Source: Tubiluchus corallicola (taxonomy: Eukaryota; Animalia; Priapulida). Taken from it: a DNA stretch of 64,000 nt. The position numbers and the translations under genes are program-made. This document shows positions 59,121 to 64,000 of the stretch, piece by piece; the first letter of the stretch is position 1; each line of letters starts with the position of its first letter. The notes beneath the pieces were generated by a model. That model was not told the origin of the DNA. It saw only the letters and a program-made list of their open reading frames with translations, and made no database searches. The DNA is taken from positions 248,001 through 312,000 of the forward strand of contig JAQGDQ010000004.1 in NCBI GenBank assembly GCA_030141605.1, given 5' to 3'.

Positions 59121-60425
59121 GTTAGTGTAAAGAAATCTTGATAACTTCGGCGATAATTAGAGTCGTCTTGGATATTGTATATTTCCGCATAATTATTATG
59201 CGAATTGTATTCTTTTCGTCTAGGTACAGTAAAGTATTAGTTCTAAAATGACTATTATATTAGGCGTAGATGATTAACATGGTAACAGACATTATAGGTT
59301 TGTCTGTTGGACTTATTTTTTTCATAATGGTTCAACTGTAGCAAGATTAACCTCATTGTTGCGCACAACAATAATTACAGTAGCACAAAACATTAACAAG
59401 TAATTTTAAAAAAAATACTAGAAATATAACTTTTATGCAAGTACTGCTGCCACTATATCATTTTAAACCATGTAGTGTGAATAACTAAGCCTAGAAGTGG
59501 GTTCGTTTTCCGTGCCTATCTTATGCCTTTAATATCAATAAAGCTCTGTACTATGTCAACAAGTATATTTACCCGAAAAAATGAGACATGAGACCAGCCA
59601 ATAAAACTCTGGTAAACACGAAATTTAAATTACAACGCTATATTACATCGTAATACTGCTAACATAATACTATGTTTTGTGCATAGGCCATAATATAGAA
59701 CTTGTGTTAAATTTAGAGACTAACAATGTTTTCTAATTTTCGCTTTCTATGGATTCTCATTCATTTACCATTTTTGACATTTTAGCAACAACAGCTAGTA
59801 TATTATTCAGTATATTCAGTAATTTTGCGTAAAACATAACAAGGATAATGTAAGAAAATTATTCCCAAGGAGGCACATCGTTATCTTCTAAGTGGCCAAT
59901 ATTTCTGCTTCTAGCGAAGATTTACACTGGCATGCGAGACGTATGACGTCTCTTTTGCCAAATAATTTTCTCATGTTAAAGAAAGTAGCATTAAGATAAT
60001 GGAAGTTGGAGGCAGACGGAATCTCAATTCCCTATTATAGTTTCACTTGCTTAACTCTTTAGGTGCTGGATCTTTACGGCCATGACATAGTTCAGATCCT
60101 GTTATAGTTCAAACTGTTGACTCTCTCCTATTACTTTTTTCCTCCAACCTTCCCTTCTATCTCTTTCAGTCTCTCTCTTAATTTCTCTTTCTATCTTCTC
60201 TCCATTTCGCCTTCTTCCACTCTCTCTCTCTCTCTTTATTTTGCTTTTTTTGTAATTTTACTTGAGTATTTTTTACTTTTGCTATCTTTGTAATTTTAAT
60301 TTGTAATTTATACTGTGTTTAGAGTCACTTTATTTTATTATTTTATTAGAAAATTTATAAAATTTATACTTATGCTAATGTTGTACCTGCAAACAGAGGT
60401 TTTATTAATAAAGATTTTAAATAAG

Positions 60426-60596
<171 letters not shown>

Positions 60597-61620
60597 GTGT
60601 CCCTCCCTCCCTCTCCCTCTGTTCCTCCCTCTCTTCTAATCTAAAGATATTTCAAGTCAGGTGCTGCCCAAGTGCAGTATGCCGATTGATCCGACATTCG
60701 TCCGCCGTTATTAATAATTTTTCGTGTAACGGTTTGATAACAGAACTTAGTTTTGTCATAACATCCTCCTTTATTTACGCTGTAATTGCAAAGTTTGTAA
60801 TAATTGCTTGTTAAAAACGGAAACGCTTAAACCTTGTAAAATGTAATCAGTATGTTTAATTACGTAATCTAGCCTTCGCAAGCTAAACACCACCGGAACA
60901 AATTTTGTTTAACCAAGCTAAATATGTGTGTTCGACTTTTTAAACATTTGCTTACTGTAATGTCAATGACATGGGACCTTGGCAAGTCATATTTGTAGAC
61001 TCTAAATCCTAGAATAAGGAAAAATGCCACAGTTTCCCCAGTTTAACATCCAATAACTCAGGAGAAAGCAAAAATACTCTGTGAAGCGGAGACATAAAGG
61101 ATTAGTTTTTACTGAGTGCACAGACATACATAGGTTATCTTGAAGTTTTTATCAATTTTATATATATATAGCAGCCGACAGCAGGGCGTATATTTGGGGT
61201 GGTTTCATCGTGATCGAAAGCTATTATAATTCTAATTCATCTAAAATGAGACACATAACCGACGGCGGTGCGTTAGCCAAACAAGGATATATTCTTTTTA
61301 AAGTAATTTAGAGAACGTCAGTCTCGTTTATCTGCAAACTATGTAGAATAATCGGGTGATATTTGCAATTTATTTAAGTCTACACTGTACAATGTAGGAA
61401 TATATCACACTTTTCTAGTTGATCGTTACTAAACTAATACAAATTTATTATGAATAAACTTATTGTCTTTTGTGAAATAGTTACGATATCGTTTTATTTT
61501 TTTGTAAAATAGATTTGGTACAATATAATGTATGGATCTTTTGATTGATTAGCATTCGATGATGTTTTTGTTTGTATTAAATAAAAAAATTGGTGAAAAA
61601 TTGCTGTATTTTTTGAAATT

Positions 61621-61624
<4 letters not shown>

Positions 61625-61686
<62 letters not shown>
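61625..61686. repeat. Compound (TA)n(GA)n microsatellite
   Basis: Directly visible. Confidence 0.95.
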
Positions 61687-61688
<2 letters not shown>

Positions 61689-62823
61689 ATAGTTTCTAAG
61701 TAGAACTTTGTTTGGTATACGAATCGACAAAAAGAGAAAAAGACTTAAAAGTATGTCTTAGAAACGTGGTTCATTGTCTGAAATTTTATGGTACGTACAC
61801 CGATGAAGCAAAAACGTATTTTGTGCAATTTGGCCCAAACATTGGACATGGCTCGATTCGTGAAGCGTGTACGATTCGATCCATTTTTTTGGTCGAATGA
61901 ATGCTTGAAATGCTAGTCTTCATGAAGACAAACCGCACTCTTAGTCTTCGGCATCGCGTTAATGCTAATTGCAATTCTAAATCCTAATACTTCTGCATTT
62001 AGTTTTCGTCAGGTCTACCAGGTGATTTGTTGAAAGCAAGTAATCACTGAACGAAAGCAGTTGTTGAAGCTACCCAATGAAATGCCATGAATTGAAAATT
62101 ATTTATTGCTAGTCTCTTTAAGTGAAAAGTAAAATGGCGTTAAACAAGGCCAGTGGCTATTCGAGGTAAAAGGCTACAGTAGAAGATGAAAATATAAGTG
62201 TAGGGCAGAAGAGAATTGTTATATTTAACGTATACTCTATCCTTCTTAGTATGTACAAATAAGCTTGATGATGAATTATGACAGTGGTAATTGTTTTATG
62301 TGTTATTACTTCCAGATGATCAGAAGCTCTAACTTGCTTATGCTTTTTTATTTTTGTAGTCGACTTTAAATAAATTATCAATTTAATACACTTATCACTA
62401 AAAATTGCAAAAGCATGCATATTACACTAAAGGCTATTTCTGTACATAAAAAGTAGCTTAAAATAAATGTATGTGTTCTACACTTCGTTTGCGAAACTGA
62501 AACACGTTTGGTCTCTTTCTTTGATGACTACATAGTAGACTGTAATAGGCTTTACATGCGGTTATGTGTAAAAACGTATACACGCGGGATTTACCTTTGC
62601 TCTGTGGACATGCGTCTATGTAACATGCAAATAACTTAAGCTACAAAACATGCAAGAAAACCAACGTATCGGTCCAATACATTTGTCCTTAATTTTTCAC
62701 CAGACTGTCTTTACCAGGAAAAATTTGTGGGGAATGAATGTAGTTTGTACGGTATTTGACATTTCTGTATTTAACCTTGCTATACGACAATTAATTGCCG
62801 ATTTATGCAAAAAGGTTCTAGAA

Positions 62824-62912
62824 TAGCTCAGGGATTATAGTGTGTGTGCTTGGTTACCAAAGTTAAGCAGTGCCAAGCCTGGTCACTATTAGGGATGGGT
62901 AACCGCTAGAAA
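62824..62912 (+). repeat. Chimeric tRNA-head / 5S-derived SINE-like copy (best preserved)
   Basis: ATAGCTCAGGGATTATAGTGTGTGTGCTTGGTTACCAAAGTTAAGCAGTGCCAAGCCTGGTCACTATTAGGGATGGGTAACCGCTAG; the 3' two-thirds parallel 5S rRNA AGCTAAGCAGGGTCGGGCCTGGTTAGTACTTGGATGGGAGACCGCCTG. Confidence 0.7.
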
Positions 62913-64000
62913 AAAACCTACTTCTGTGCGGTTTTCTCTAAACACTTTTGTTCTGGCTCTTTAGGCTTTTATAGAAGAAGCAGTATCATACGCATCTGAA
63001 TGAGACTGAAACACCTTTTAATTTTTGTGAAGAACAGATACTGAACTGGGAATGGTTTGTCAGTATAGGGTCTCTTCTCGGAAAAATATTCTTGATAATT
63101 ACGTATTACCTGTTCCCACGACAACTATATACATTAAACAAGCATGTCGTCGAAGCTTGGTCAGTGTCCGCGTGTAGGCACTCACTGTCCGACTGTATAA
63201 GCAATAACAGCAATGAACAAGGGGTGGGCAAAGAGCACTCTTCACTAGAAAGCAGGGTAGTATACATCCAATAATCATAAAGCCGACTGCGATTTCTTAA
63301 AAAATGTATGAATGCATCGCTTATTTAGCTAGAAAAATTCATAACTACAAGGAAAAACATCAGTGATGGGCTATCAGTGCTGCAGCACATAGAGCACCTG
63401 GACTCCACGGCCATACAGGCCTACACCTTGCAGAAAAAAATTAATGAAAGTTTGTTGATTTTAATACCGTTGTAATGAGAAGAATGTAGCCTTTCTTGGT
63501 AGATCCTATGACTGCCTACAAACTATCAAAAATATACAAGATGCTAACGTTTACTCACTTTCCACCAACTCAGCCTCAACTCCCTCGGTTTCGTCACTGC
63601 CTTTCATTCTCGTAATTGTGTTACGCTCTTTGGTGTCACGTTACGAATCCGGGTCACTCATCCAGATAAATCATCGATTTGCTTGCCATCTATCGGACTC
63701 ACATGGGATCATGGGCCGCTTAACAGTTAGTGTCCACAGGGTGTCATCATTATATAACTGTAGTCAATGCTGAACAAATTGAGTTACTACTACCACGTCG
63801 ATTGAGCAATCAATCCACAACTTGCTCAACTCTGATTTCTGAGAACTGGCTTTGGGTCGGCTGAGACAGAATTCTTTACAGTAGTAGCACTGCCGTTTAA
63901 GAAGTTAATTTGGTTTATAGTTAATTCGATATCTGAGCGTCCATAGAGTTACAGCTGCTGGAGGGGGGGGGTAGGGTTATACAATAAGTCGCATAATTAT

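Noticed and set aside
62846-62912. Functional 5S rRNA gene
   Set aside because: The 5' third of 5S is missing and the rest is diverged; treated as a SINE-like repeat.
63760-63870. Transposase-like remnant on the minus strand (SKLWIDCSIDVVVVTQFV)
   Set aside because: Too short and interrupted to support without a profile search.

Overview
AT-rich, intron-rich invertebrate animal genomic DNA, not prokaryotic; no CRISPR arrays or operons. Gene models were built by hand from GT-AG sites and frame continuity. (1) The 5' part of an SDR9C-type short-chain dehydrogenase on the minus strand, running off the left edge, with an in-frame TGA where related enzymes have Cys. (2) Head-to-head with it, a six-exon Tamalin/GRASP-like PDZ scaffold of about 833 aa. 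(3) A 5'-truncated LINE. (4) A cluster of extracellular-module exons: two beta-defensin-like Cys repeats, PAN + 2 Sushi, and 2 CUB + laminin-EGF, with several apparently damaged 5' exons. (5) A knirps/eagle-type NR0A nuclear receptor with no ligand-binding domain (about 471 aa, two PLDLS motifs). (6) A four-exon RPS26 with a TCT/5'TOP promoter and transposons in intron 3. (7) The first exon of an unidentified secreted or membrane protein. Between these lie tRNA-derived and chimeric tRNA/5S-derived SINE-like copies, MITEs, Helentron-like elements, decayed LINE fragments and microsatellites. Family assignments rest on remembered motifs, not database searches.
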